From an uncultured Thermomicrobiales bacterium (GTDB taxonomy: Bacteria > Chloroflexota > Chloroflexia > Thermomicrobiales > CFX8), in assembly GCA_964462545.1 (NCBI GenBank), contig CAYWXR010000016.1, forward strand, positions 3,872 to 67,871: a stretch of 64,000 nt of DNA. Reading direction: 5' to 3'. The notes under the pieces were generated by a model. That model did no database searches, was not told the DNA's origin, and worked only from the letters and a program-made list of their open reading frames with translations. Positions 33,498 to 43,009 of the stretch are shown piece by piece. Position numbers and translations under genes: made by a program. Numbering within the stretch: position 1 is the first letter of the stretch; the number at the start of each line of letters is the position of its first letter.

Positions 33498-34475
33498 ATG
33501 CACGTGAGCCGCTTCATCCTCAGGCGTCTTATCCAGATGATTCCCCTGATGGTGGGAATCACGCTGATTACGTTCCTTCTGGCAAACGCGACGCCTGGCA
33601 GCCCACTCGCCAATATGGCCTTCAATCCCACGATCCGGCAGGAAGACATCGCCCGGATCGAGGAGCAACTTGGACTCAATAAACCGCTTCACATCAGATA
33701 CTTCGTCTGGCTCTCGCACCTGGCCCAGGGGGACTTCGGTCTGTCACTGCTCAATCAACGCCCGGTGCTCGGCACAATCTTCGAGCGGTTGGGAGACACA
33801 CTGCTCCTGACAGGTACTGCACTTGTACTTGCATTACTGTTCTCAATTCCGGTGGGAGTGTATAGCGCCGTCAGGCGCAACTCGGCATTTGACAATGCGG
33901 CCACCGCAATATCAGTCGCCGGATTCTCGATGCCCACATTCTGGCTCGGGTTGATGGCGATTTTGTTATTCGCAGTCAAGGCAAGGGAGTGGGGCTGGCC
34001 CATAACCTTCCCCGCTGGAGGAGCATATGACCAACGCACCGGCGGGGACTTCTGGAACCGGGTCCACCACCTGATCCTGCCGGCTACTACCCTGGCATTT
34101 GTCCAGACAGCGGCATGGACGCGATACATCCGTGCCCAGATGCTGGAAGTGCTTAGCCAGGATTACATGCGCACAGCAACGGCCAAGGGTCTTCGCGAGC
34201 GCATCGTCATCTTCCGCCATGGCCTGCGCAATGCCGTGCTCCCGCTGGTGACCCTGCTCGGTATCGCCATTCCGGACCTTTTCGGTGGCTCGCTGGTGAT
34301 CGAGCAGATCTTCAACTGGCCCGGCATTGGGCGGTTGGCATTCAACTCGGCAATCGGCAAGGACTACACCATGGTAATGGGCATTGTGGTCTTCGTCAGT
34401 TTCCTGGTCATTCTCGGAAACCTGATTGCAGATGTGGTCTACAGCTTGCTTGATCCGCGGATCCGGTTGGAGTAA
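33498..34475 (+). CDS. ABC transporter permease (DppB/OppB-like)
   Basis: RFILRRLIQMIPLMVGITLITF at the N-terminus and the EAA-type loop DYMRTATAKGLRERIVIFRHGLRNA. Confidence 0.9.
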   Translation: MHVSRFILRRLIQMIPLMVGITLITFLLANATPGSPLANMAFNPTIRQEDIARIEEQLGLNKPLHIRYFVWLSHLAQGDFGLSLLNQRPVLGTIFERLGDTLLLTGTALVLALLFSIPVGVYSAVRRNSAFDNAATAISVAGFSMPTFWLGLMAILLFAVKAREWGWPITFPAGGAYDQRTGGDFWNRVHHLILPATTLAFVQTAAWTRYIRAQMLEVLSQDYMRTATAKGLRERIVIFRHGLRNAVLPLVTLLGIAIPDLFGGSLVIEQIFNWPGIGRLAFNSAIGKDYTMVMGIVVFVSFLVILGNLIADVVYSLLDPRIRLE

Positions 34476-34566
34476 GGGTGAAGCCGATGACACACATCAT
34501 CTCGTCTCCAGCACACACCCGGATCACACTGGCTTGCCAGCCAGGCAGGACCATGAGGAGAAGCGC

Positions 34567-35496
34567 ATGAGTTCGAGTCAGAAGGTGGATACCAAGGCAG
34601 TTTCCCAGCCACGAACGCTGGCTCAGGTTGGCGCTCGACGAACGTTTGCCAGCATGGCATGGCGGCGATTCCGCAAGAACAAGCTGGCGATGCTCGGTCT
34701 GGCTGTTCTGATCATCATTGTCACCATCGCGCTCAGCGCAGGACTGATCTCACGCTTTGTTACCGGGTTCACTCCATCACAGCAAAGTCTGATGACTGCC
34801 TATTCCGGCGTCGGCGAGAACGGCCACCTGCTCGGCTCGGATGACGTCGGCCGTGACGTCGCAACGCGACTTGCCTACGGCGCCCGGGTCAGCCTGGGTG
34901 TTGCGGGTTTGGCAGTACTCGGTGCTGTCACCATCGGCCTGCTTGTCGGGCTCTCGTCCGGCTTCTACGGAGGCTGGCTGGATAGTGTCCTGATGCGGTT
35001 TGTCGATATGGTGCTGGCTATCCCGACGATCTTCCTGCTGTTGCTGGTGGCAACCATGTTTGTCATGGGGCCGCTGATGCTGGCAGGTCTGATTGCCGCG
35101 GTCGCATGGGTAGTGCTATCGAGACTCGTTCGTGGTGAGGTGATCTCACTCCGCAATCGAGAGTTTATCGAGGCCGCCCGGGTGATGGGCGCCAGGAACA
35201 ACCGGCTGATTTTCCGGCATATCCTGCCGAATGTGCTCCCGGTGGTGATTGTCTGGGCATCTCTGGCCGTTCCCGGCCTGATCCTGACCGAGGCGGCGTT
35301 GAGCTACCTTGGCCTGGGCGTTCGCCCGCCAACGCCATCCTGGGGCAACATGCTCACCACCGCCCAGCGAGTCTGGGTGCGGTCGCCTACGCTGGCAATC
35401 TTCCCGGGTCTGGCGATTTACATTACGGTGTTCGCCATTAACCTGATGGGCAACGGGCTACGCGATGCGCTCGACCCACGCCTGAATGACAAATAA
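34567..35496 (+). CDS. ABC transporter permease (DppC/OppC-like)
   Basis: Start at the ATG at 34567, with GAGGAG upstream. HLLGSDDVGRDV and REFIEAARVMGARNNRLIFRHILPN. Confidence 0.9.
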   Translation: MSSSQKVDTKAVSQPRTLAQVGARRTFASMAWRRFRKNKLAMLGLAVLIIIVTIALSAGLISRFVTGFTPSQQSLMTAYSGVGENGHLLGSDDVGRDVATRLAYGARVSLGVAGLAVLGAVTIGLLVGLSSGFYGGWLDSVLMRFVDMVLAIPTIFLLLLVATMFVMGPLMLAGLIAAVAWVVLSRLVRGEVISLRNREFIEAARVMGARNNRLIFRHILPNVLPVVIVWASLAVPGLILTEAALSYLGLGVRPPTPSWGNMLTTAQRVWVRSPTLAIFPGLAIYITVFAINLMGNGLRDALDPRLNDK

Positions 35497-35515
35497 CACC
35501 CGGGGGTGAGGGGGA

Positions 35516-35553
35516 AACGGGCCGCGAGCGTAACGCTCGCGGCCCGTTGTTTT
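35516..35553 (+). terminator. intrinsic terminator after the Dpp-like operon
   Basis: AACGGGCCGCGAGCG-TAA-CGCTCGCGGCCCGTT followed by GTTTTG. Confidence 0.8.
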
Positions 35554-35580
35554 GCCATTATTCAGGTAGCAGGCCGGCAA

Positions 35581-36117
35581 TTAGTCGCCGACTGCGACCT
35601 TGGCCAGGGTTTCAGCAATGGCTTCGTTGAAGACCGGCAGATCACCCGGCACGCGCGAGGTGATGAAATTGCCGTCGATGACCAATTCCTTGTCGACATA
35701 ATTCGCACCGGCGTTCTTCACGTCGTCACGAATCTTGTTGACCGCCGTCAGCGTCCTGCCGCGAACCACCTCGGCCGAGATCAGCAACTGTGCACCATGG
35801 CAGATGGCTGCAACCGGTTTGCCACTGTTGGCAAAGTCACGGGTGAAGCTAACAGCATTATCATGGATGCGCAGGTTCTCCGGTGCGCCGCCGCCCGGCA
35901 CGACCAGCGCATCAAACTGGTCAACACTCACGTCATCAAAGGTTGTATCGGCTTCGAGCGTGGCGCCCTTCTTGCCTTCGATGGTGCCGCGCTCCAGACC
36001 AATCACGGTCACAGTTGCGCCGCGTTCCTCAAGGTATTTCTTTGGTTCAATCGCTTCGGAGTCTTCAAAGTTCGCGGCCAACACCATAGCGACGTTCTTG
36101 CCTTGTAGCTGGGCCAT
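35581..36117 (-). CDS. DJ-1/PfpI family protein
   Basis: DALVVPGG and the nucleophile elbow AAICHGAQLL. Confidence 0.85.
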   Translation of the reverse strand: MAQLQGKNVAMVLAANFEDSEAIEPKKYLEERGATVTVIGLERGTIEGKKGATLEADTTFDDVSVDQFDALVVPGGGAPENLRIHDNAVSFTRDFANSGKPVAAICHGAQLLISAEVVRGRTLTAVNKIRDDVKNAGANYVDKELVIDGNFITSRVPGDLPVFNEAIAETLAKVAVGD

Positions 36118-36190
36118 GCTTGCCTCCCTGGGATTGAAATGAAAATCGACTCTTGTTCGATTCTATCAACCTTCAGAAATGGTCCCGGGT

Positions 36191-37045
36191 TCAGGAGCGA
36201 GCACGGTATTCCGGGATCACCGACGAGGCAACCTCGCGCATGACTTCTTCGCCCGCCTCATCCGGCGGCCAGCCGAAGAGGAAATCGCGGAACCCGGCCT
36301 CATAGAACGTCTCGACATATTCGCGGAATGTATCCACCGATGTCAGTTGGTTCTGCGATGGCCAGACCGAACGCATGATCGTGGAGGGATCGCGGCCGAT
36401 CTTTTCACAGGCGGCGTCCAGGAGCTTGCTCTTGCGAACCGCTTCGTCGATAGGGGAGCGGGTATTCCAGATGTCGGCGTGCTTTGCCGTGATTGCCAGC
36501 ATCCGCGGGCCGCTTGCCCCGATAACCACCGGCATCCTCGGCTGGATCGGCTTCGGCTCAAACGGGGTGTTCACGAACTTGTAGTGCTCGCCATCGTAGT
36601 TGGTGCGCTCGTTTGCCTGGAAGCTCTCGAAAAGTTCGAGTGCCTCCTTGAACATGCCGACACGAACACCATCCGGCGGATACTCATAGCCATAGGCCTC
36701 ATGCTCACGTTCCCACCAGCCGGCACCCAGACCGAAGTCCGCCCGGCCATTGGAAATGTGGTCGACGGTTACCGCCTGCTTTGCCAGGAACGACGGGTTA
36801 CGGTGGGTAACTGAACACACCATGATCCCCATGCGGATCTTCTCGGTGACCGCCGCAACACCCGCCAGCAGTGTCCATGCCTCGAAGTAGGGCATCATTT
36901 CATCTTCGCCACCGAAAAAGTGGTCGGTGACCCAGCCGATGTCGTATCCCAGAGCCTCAAGTTCCTGCCATCGCTGGACCAGAACCGGCCAGCTATCGCG
37001 TTGACCTGTCACAATACCAAATCGAATTCCCTGTCCTTCAGACAC
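36191..37045 (-). CDS. LLM-class (luciferase-like) F420-dependent oxidoreductase
   Basis: IRFGIVTGQ...W.....GYD..WVTDHFF. Paralogue of 45747..46649. Confidence 0.82.
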   Translation of the reverse strand: MSEGQGIRFGIVTGQRDSWPVLVQRWQELEALGYDIGWVTDHFFGGEDEMMPYFEAWTLLAGVAAVTEKIRMGIMVCSVTHRNPSFLAKQAVTVDHISNGRADFGLGAGWWEREHEAYGYEYPPDGVRVGMFKEALELFESFQANERTNYDGEHYKFVNTPFEPKPIQPRMPVVIGASGPRMLAITAKHADIWNTRSPIDEAVRKSKLLDAACEKIGRDPSTIMRSVWPSQNQLTSVDTFREYVETFYEAGFRDFLFGWPPDEAGEEVMREVASSVIPEYRARS

Positions 37046-37075
37046 GTTTCCTCCTCAAACGATCGCCGGTTGTCT

Positions 37076-37100
37076 CGAAACTGGCACATAGCCAGTTTCG
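37076..37100. promoter_or_regulatory. perfect 10-bp inverted repeat CGAAACTGGC-N5-GCCAGTTTCG
   Basis: Located 31-55 nt upstream of the LLM oxidoreductase start (37045, minus strand). It could be an operator or a 5'-UTR hairpin. Confidence 0.35.
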
Positions 37101-37297
37101 CACAGAATGCCGGGCATCCGCGACGTTCCGGTATATCGCATGAACACAGGGCCTCACGAAATGGTCAGCGTCAAGGTTATGCCGTACGACCCGGAAACGA
37201 TCCGCACGCCCATACAAGACTCCCGTTGAACTGGATGCCGGCGGGATCATTGTCTTCGTCGAAGAAAGCAATATTACGCCAACTACCGCAAGATAGA

Positions 37298-37993
37298 TCA
37301 GCCATGGCTGGTTGTAACCGCAAAATCCTCGATGCGGTCCTCCCATGCGATGATCGCTTCGGTAGCCATGTTGAGGAAGAATCCATGGTCAACCACACCG
37401 GTCAGCAACTTGATCTCGTTGGCTAGTGCTGTGACATCGGAGTAGTCCGCATGGAACAGATCGAGAATCAGGTTGCTGTTGTCGGTTACGAACGGCTGGC
37501 CGTCTACCTCACGCAGCACCGGATCTCCGAAGCGTTTCAACAGGTCACGGGTTCGTTCCCAGCCGAACGACACCACTTCCACCGGGAGCGGAATACCTGG
37601 CTGGCTCTCGGACAGCGTGCCAACGATCTTGCGGTGATCGGCAATGAGCACCAGTCTTTCGGAGGCTTCGGCGACCAGTTTCTCGCGCATCAACGAGCCG
37701 CCGAGCCCCTTGATCGCATGTAATGTGCCACGCTCGATAGCATCCGCGCCGTCAACCACGATGTCGAGCGGCCCGGTCAGGTCTATCAGCCGGATGCCCT
37801 GATCTTCGGCGGCACGTGCTGTCTGCCGGGAGCTGGCAACCGCCCGAATGTTCAGCCCGTCCTGTACCCGGCGGCCCAGCGCGCGGACGAATTCCAGCGC
37901 CGTTGAGCCACTCCCCAGGCCGACAATCGAGCCATCCTCGACGAGTTCGGCTGCCCGTTCACCGACGCGTTGCTTCTGTTGTTCGATACCCAC
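37298..37993 (-). CDS. rpiA: ribose-5-phosphate isomerase A
   Basis: VGLGSGST, DGADA, KG.GG and LMREK motifs. I prefer the GTG at 37993, with AAGGTGGAG 6 nt upstream, over the TTG at 38038. The start is uncertain. Confidence 0.85.
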   Translation of the reverse strand: MGIEQQKQRVGERAAELVEDGSIVGLGSGSTALEFVRALGRRVQDGLNIRAVASSRQTARAAEDQGIRLIDLTGPLDIVVDGADAIERGTLHAIKGLGGSLMREKLVAEASERLVLIADHRKIVGTLSESQPGIPLPVEVVSFGWERTRDLLKRFGDPVLREVDGQPFVTDNSNLILDLFHADYSDVTALANEIKLLTGVVDHGFFLNMATEAIIAWEDRIEDFAVTTSHG

Positions 37994-38094
37994 CCGGCGC
38001 TCCACCTTCGTGACACCCGCGACTCCAACAGCACACAATTAGACTACGGCGACGCAGATACTGGTAGGTCGCAGCCGGTACACTTGAAATCGGA

Positions 38095-38967
38095 ATGATG
38101 GAAAGGGATCTGCCAACCGTGGACACCAGCGAAATCAGGGTCTGGGCCGAAGAAGAGGAACCAGGCTTTATCCATGTTACATGGGCATTTCCGGATGATG
38201 CCGATCCACGTGACGAGGCTTCCGACCGCAGAGCGGTGGCGGCAACGTTGCATGTCCATCCTCATGTGAAAAACGCGCGGCCGGAAGGTTCCGGCGTCAC
38301 TGTTCGCTACGATGCCGAACAACTACAAAAAAGCGACATTGCTGCCATGGTACGGGCTGCGCTTGCCAACAGCGTGCCGTTCAAGGAGCGTGCAAGCGAT
38401 GTGCTGAAGCGCGTTCCGACCTATCTCAACCTTGCACAGAAACTGGCGCTCGATTCCCGCGTTAGCCCGCTGCCGGAGGCAGCCCAGAACTTCGCGCGCC
38501 GGCCGGCAACCGGATTGCCACCCGGCCTTCCGTTGCACGTGATTCCCGGATTCCGGCTGGCCAGCAGAATCCAGACCGCACTTCCTGTGTTGCAAAGCCT
38601 TGCAACGTGGAGCCGCGATGCACCGCCGGAAGTGGTGGCTGCACACCTGCTCGATGCCGGGCTTTCTCGCGAACAGCTCGACCTGGATCACGCCACAGCC
38701 CAGGAGATGAAGTTCTATGTGCGTGACTTCTCCGGCGAAAAGGCGGAACAGGCAAAGGTCATCGCCAGCGACCTGGCGAGCCAGGCGAGTGTTGCCGGGC
38801 GTCAGTGGTGGCAGAAGGCCCGCGTGCTTCGTGACGAGTTCATCGAGTCACGAGCAGGAGCCCAGGCAGCGTCCGATGACGCCGGGAACGAGACAACGGT
38901 CACCGTTGTTGAGAACGAACCGGAAGACCGTCTAGTGGAGGCGGTCGATGAAGGTAGCGAGCCGTGA
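38095..38967 (+). CDS. hypothetical protein
   Basis: A 290-aa ORF with no family recognised and a weak RBS. Its 3' end overlaps purK convergently by 36 nt. Confidence 0.4.
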   Translation: MMERDLPTVDTSEIRVWAEEEEPGFIHVTWAFPDDADPRDEASDRRAVAATLHVHPHVKNARPEGSGVTVRYDAEQLQKSDIAAMVRAALANSVPFKERASDVLKRVPTYLNLAQKLALDSRVSPLPEAAQNFARRPATGLPPGLPLHVIPGFRLASRIQTALPVLQSLATWSRDAPPEVVAAHLLDAGLSREQLDLDHATAQEMKFYVRDFSGEKAEQAKVIASDLASQASVAGRQWWQKARVLRDEFIESRAGAQAASDDAGNETTVTVVENEPEDRLVEAVDEGSEP

Positions 38968-40020
38968 TTCCAGCGCCGATGGCGTTGGCGCGCAGATCGT
39001 TACGTGCCCCAGTTTGCGGCCTGGCCGCGGCTCCTTGCCATACAGGTGCAAATGCAACCCGTCGATGGCCAGCAAGTCGCGCCGCTTCGGCACTGTGCCA
39101 ATCAGGTTGAGCATCATCGAGCTACCGGTCGGCTCGGTGGAACCCGGCGGCAGCCCGGCAACCGCACGCAGATGGTTCTCGAATTGGCTGGTCTCGGCGC
39201 CATCAATCGTCCAGTGACCGCTGTTGTGCACCCGGGGGGCCATCTCGTTGATCAACAGCTTGCCGCCCACCTGAAACAGTTCGATCGCCATCACCCCGAC
39301 ATACTCAAGTTGATTCATCGCGGCGGTAATGCAGGCATCAGCAACTTCCTGTAGTTGCGGGGGAAGCGCAGGTGCAGGGGCAATGGTCCGTGCCAGGATG
39401 CCGTCTCGATGTTCGTTCTCAACAAGTGGATAGGTGCGAACCTGACCGTTCAGGGCACGAACACCGACAATCGAGAGTTCCCGTTCGAACGGCACGAATC
39501 CTTCAAGAATCAAACCGGGGCCAATCAACCGGTCCCAGGCGGCATCAACTTCCGACCAGTGCCGGATCACCACCTGGCCCTTGCCATCGTAGCCTTCACG
39601 GCGGGTCTTCAACACCGCCGGCAGGCCGATCTGCTCCAGCGCAGCCCGTAAGCCTGAACGGGTATCAACCGGTTCAAAAGGCGGAACATCAAAGCCGAGT
39701 TTCTGGAAAAAGCGCTTCTCGGACAGACGGTCCTGGGCGACCTCCAGTGCGTTCGCACCCGGACGAACAGGGGCAAGCAACTCCAGTTGGTGCGCGACCT
39801 GCGCCGGCACATTTTCAAACTCGAACGTGATGACATCCAGGCCGCTGGCGAAGCGTTTCAGGGCATCAAAATCCTCGTACGATGCGCTGATCAGTTCGCC
39901 AACCTGTCCGGCAGTGGCGATTGGTGAGGGATCAAAAAACCGGAAGCGCATCCCGAGCGGATATCCCGCCAGTGCGAGCATACGGCCAAGCTGGCCACCT
40001 CCGAGAATGCCGATTCTCAT
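38932..40020 (-). CDS. purK: 5-(carboxyamino)imidazole ribonucleotide synthase
   Basis: [14 protein letters not shown] and an ATP-grasp core. 4-nt ATGA overlap with purE. Confidence 0.9.
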   Translation of the reverse strand: MRIGILGGGQLGRMLALAGYPLGMRFRFFDPSPIATAGQVGELISASYEDFDALKRFASGLDVITFEFENVPAQVAHQLELLAPVRPGANALEVAQDRLSEKRFFQKLGFDVPPFEPVDTRSGLRAALEQIGLPAVLKTRREGYDGKGQVVIRHWSEVDAAWDRLIGPGLILEGFVPFERELSIVGVRALNGQVRTYPLVENEHRDGILARTIAPAPALPPQLQEVADACITAAMNQLEYVGVMAIELFQVGGKLLINEMAPRVHNSGHWTIDGAETSQFENHLRAVAGLPPGSTEPTGSSMMLNLIGTVPKRRDLLAIDGLHLHLYGKEPRPGRKLGHVTICAPTPSALESRLATFIDRLH

Positions 40021-40517
40021 CGTTCCACCCGCGGGTCCGGATCGGAGAGGATACGTTCGGTCTGGGCAGCGCGGTGCTGCTTCAACGCTTCTCGATATTC
40101 CGGGTGGGCATTTGCCACAATCGAGGCTGCCAGTAATCCGGCATTCACCGCACCCGCAGTACCAATCGCCATCGTACCGACGGGAATCCCTGCCGGCATC
40201 TGGACGATCGACAGCAGCGAATCCATACCACTCAACGCCCGTGACTGAACCGGCACACCAAGCACCGGCAGGGTCGTCTTCGAAGCGGTCATGCCAGGCA
40301 GGTGGGCAGCCCCGCCGGCCCCGGCAACGATCACCTCGATCCCGCGTTCCTCGGCCGTGGATGCGTATTCAAACATCAGGTCCGGCGTACGATGAGCGGA
40401 AACGACCCGTACTTCATACGGCACGCCCAGCGCGTCCAGCGTGTCGGAGACACCGCGCATTGTCTCCCAGTCCGACCGGGAGCCCATGATGATGCCAACA
40501 AGAGGATTGGCGCTCAT
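40017..40517 (-). CDS. purE: 5-(carboxyamino)imidazole ribonucleotide mutase
   Basis: [29 protein letters not shown] and PVLGVPV. Confidence 0.92.
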   Translation of the reverse strand: MSANPLVGIIMGSRSDWETMRGVSDTLDALGVPYEVRVVSAHRTPDLMFEYASTAEERGIEVIVAGAGGAAHLPGMTASKTTLPVLGVPVQSRALSGMDSLLSIVQMPAGIPVGTMAIGTAGAVNAGLLAASIVANAHPEYREALKQHRAAQTERILSDPDPRVER

Positions 40518-40538
40518 TCGATTGTGATCTCCTTCGCT

Positions 40539-41930
40539 TTATCCGCCGGGGTTGTTCGAGGCATTCGGGTTGTCAGGAAGATTCTGCACCAGATTGCGCA
40601 GGGAGTACCAGTCACCGATGAAGTAGAACCCATCGTCAATCATGGCTTCTTCCATCAGGTGATTGAGCGAATGGAGATAAATCTGCTCTCGTGGCAGGTC
40701 CTGGCCAAACCGCGCGAGCGACAGTACTTGACGCACCGAAAGGTCGGTACGCACCGAATCCCCGATCTCGTTGATAATCGCCGGCAGGTTGGTAATTACC
40801 CCGCTTACGAGTATCTGGTCGCGAATGGCGAGCAACACCTGCTGCTGACGCTCTGAACGCCGGAAATCGTTATCTCCGTGCCGGGTTCGCGAATACTGGA
40901 CCGCCTCGCGGCCATCCATTGGCTGCAAACCGGTGGGGAAGTACACCCGGGTGTAGCGATAATCCTCGGTCGGATACTGATCGTCCTTCACCACGGCCGG
41001 CACATCCACAATGATCCCGCCGATGGTATCCACGATTCGCTCCATGCCGGAGATATTCACCGTCGCGAAATAATCGATTCGGATGCCGAAGTTGTACTCA
41101 ATCGTCTGGGCAGCCAGAATCGGTCCGCCACCGGGCAGGCCATCCAGTTCACCGTAGACGTAGGCTGCATTGATTTTCGTCGCTCCATAGCCAGGAATCT
41201 CAACCAGCAGGTCACGGGGAATCGAGAAAGCATCGACCCGCTCCAGCACCGGATCAACCCGCACAACAATGATCGTGTCGCTTCGCGGCGGATCGGTCTC
41301 ATCCGGACGGCTGTCAACCCCCAACAAGAGAATATGGACCGGCTCTGAGCCATCCCAGGGCGGGTACGGCGTCGGAGTCGGGCCGGTAACCGTTGGCGAA
41401 GGAGACGGAGTAATGGTCGGCGTGCCGGTCGCCCGGGCCGTCGGCGATACCGACGGTGTCGGTGAACCGGTTGCCGTTGGTGTTCGCCGCGCTGTACTCG
41501 TGTTCGTCGGGGAAGCAGCCTGTTCTGCAGTTGCGGTCGAGGAAGGATTTGCTTCCATGCCCGGCAGTTGCGGTGGGGAGGGATTGGCATCGTCGAAATG
41601 AACACGATCCGGCACTGGCGTGACAAACACATCCCCGATGGCAGCGCGGGTCTCAAGGATGACCGGAACCACGATCGAAAGTGCCCAGACGGCAGCAGTC
41701 AAGGGAAGCAGGGCCATGATGAACAGCGACATTGCGCGCACACCTTTAGGCCGGGGGGTTACGACCGGTGCGGGCTTGACTAGTTCACGTGTTTCCCGGC
41801 CACGGCCGTCAAAGAGCAGTGTCTCCGAAGGCGGACGTGCACCCAACCGTCGTGGTAGCGGTCGGCTTTGCACACGTGGTCGCCTGCGTGGCCGGGCCAG
41901 ACTAAACTGCCTTCGTCTTCGCAGGTACAT
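40539..41930 (-). CDS. LCP (LytR-CpsA-Psr) family protein
   Basis: Basic N-terminus, one TM helix, a P/T/S-rich linker, then LLLGVDSRPD....RSDTIIVVRVDP......SIPRDL. Confidence 0.8.
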   Translation of the reverse strand: MYLRRRRQFSLARPRRRPRVQSRPLPRRLGARPPSETLLFDGRGRETRELVKPAPVVTPRPKGVRAMSLFIMALLPLTAAVWALSIVVPVILETRAAIGDVFVTPVPDRVHFDDANPSPPQLPGMEANPSSTATAEQAASPTNTSTARRTPTATGSPTPSVSPTARATGTPTITPSPSPTVTGPTPTPYPPWDGSEPVHILLLGVDSRPDETDPPRSDTIIVVRVDPVLERVDAFSIPRDLLVEIPGYGATKINAAYVYGELDGLPGGGPILAAQTIEYNFGIRIDYFATVNISGMERIVDTIGGIIVDVPAVVKDDQYPTEDYRYTRVYFPTGLQPMDGREAVQYSRTRHGDNDFRRSERQQQVLLAIRDQILVSGVITNLPAIINEIGDSVRTDLSVRQVLSLARFGQDLPREQIYLHSLNHLMEEAMIDDGFYFIGDWYSLRNLVQNLPDNPNASNNPGG

Positions 41931-42155
41931 TCAGGAACTAACGTCCAAACTCCCGGGCAAAACGCAAACCGGTGCGATGTCGGCACCGGTGAACCCGGTA
42001 ATCGCATCCACGATTATCGCCAACAACACTCATATGACGCAAAGTCACCAGCCGGCAATCAGTTACTCTGGAAACGTTCATACGAACGCGGAAAAATCCG
42101 GCCTGTATCAGAATACGATATTCACCGGATCATGCTGCATGTGAAAGGCAGGGCC

Positions 42156-42944
42156 ATGCTTCACCGGGAGACAGACACCGGGTACCTGGCAATATCGCAA
42201 CCAGCCCACGCATGGGTATCCCAGCAACTGGCAAGCGTCTGGGGAAACGAACAATTCGGGGAACTCAGCCCCCGGGAGGACGTCATTCTGGCCGCCGGGC
42301 AACATGATATTGGTTGGCTGGAGTGGGAACTCGCGCCGGCACTCAACCCCGAAACCGGGCGACCGCAAACCTTCATGCAGATCTCCACTTCGGATCATCT
42401 GGATATCTGGACTCCGGCCGGTCCGGCGGCGATCGTCTATGGCCCCTATGTTGCGCTCCTGGTGTCTATGCACGGAACACGGCTGTATCAATACCATGAC
42501 TTCACCCGCGACTCCGAGGAAGAGGCAGCCCGCGCCCGGAAATTCATTGAGGATGGCCCTGCCTTCGAACAGAGCCTGATTGCGCAGATGGCATCCACGC
42601 CCCGCTATGCCGCCCACATCAATCCGAAGACTGTCGCACGCAATAGTCTGCTTGTTGCAGCGTGGGATCGTATCTCACTTTTCCTGTGCGGAGGCTCCGG
42701 CAAGCCGTTCGATGCTCCAGATGTCCCTGCTGCACACGATTCCATTTCCATCCATTTCACTCCAGATGCTTCAAAGTCGGATGTGTTTCGCGTCGATCCG
42801 TGGCCCTTCTCCGTGGCTGAAGTCTCACTGACCTGTCCGGCACGGGAAATGACTGGCCAGTTCTCCACGGAAGCGGATATGCAAAATGCCCTGACAAACG
42901 CCCCGTGGGTGACGCTGGAAATGACGCTGATACCGGTAGATTAG
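42156..42944 (+). CDS. DUF3891-like protein
   Basis: MLHRETDTGYLAISQPAHAWVSQQLA...AAGQHDIGW resembles DUF3891. The alternative start at 42132 is possible. Confidence 0.55.
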   Translation: MLHRETDTGYLAISQPAHAWVSQQLASVWGNEQFGELSPREDVILAAGQHDIGWLEWELAPALNPETGRPQTFMQISTSDHLDIWTPAGPAAIVYGPYVALLVSMHGTRLYQYHDFTRDSEEEAARARKFIEDGPAFEQSLIAQMASTPRYAAHINPKTVARNSLLVAAWDRISLFLCGGSGKPFDAPDVPAAHDSISIHFTPDASKSDVFRVDPWPFSVAEVSLTCPAREMTGQFSTEADMQNALTNAPWVTLEMTLIPVD

Positions 42945-42954
42945 ACGCGCCATG

Positions 42955-42981
42955 AAAAAGGCGGAGCGTTTTGCTCCGCCT
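42955..42981. terminator. intrinsic terminator between convergent genes
   Basis: AAAAAGGCGGAGC-GTTTT-GCTCCGCCT. The U-tract serves the minus-strand HTH-protein transcript. Confidence 0.7.
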
Positions 42982-43009
42982 GCATGAACTGGATTGCGAG
43001 AACTGAGGC

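Noticed and set aside
37177-37398. Small minus-strand ORF overlapping the rpiA 3' end (contains MADLSCGSWRNIAFFDEDNDPAGIQF...).
   Set aside because: No RBS and no recognisable family. It largely overlaps rpiA in another frame.
41868-42155. Upstream in-frame extension of the DUF3891-like ORF.
   Set aside because: The extension overlaps the LCP gene start region and is compositionally odd. The conserved-looking N-terminus begins at MLHRETDTGYLAISQPAHAW.
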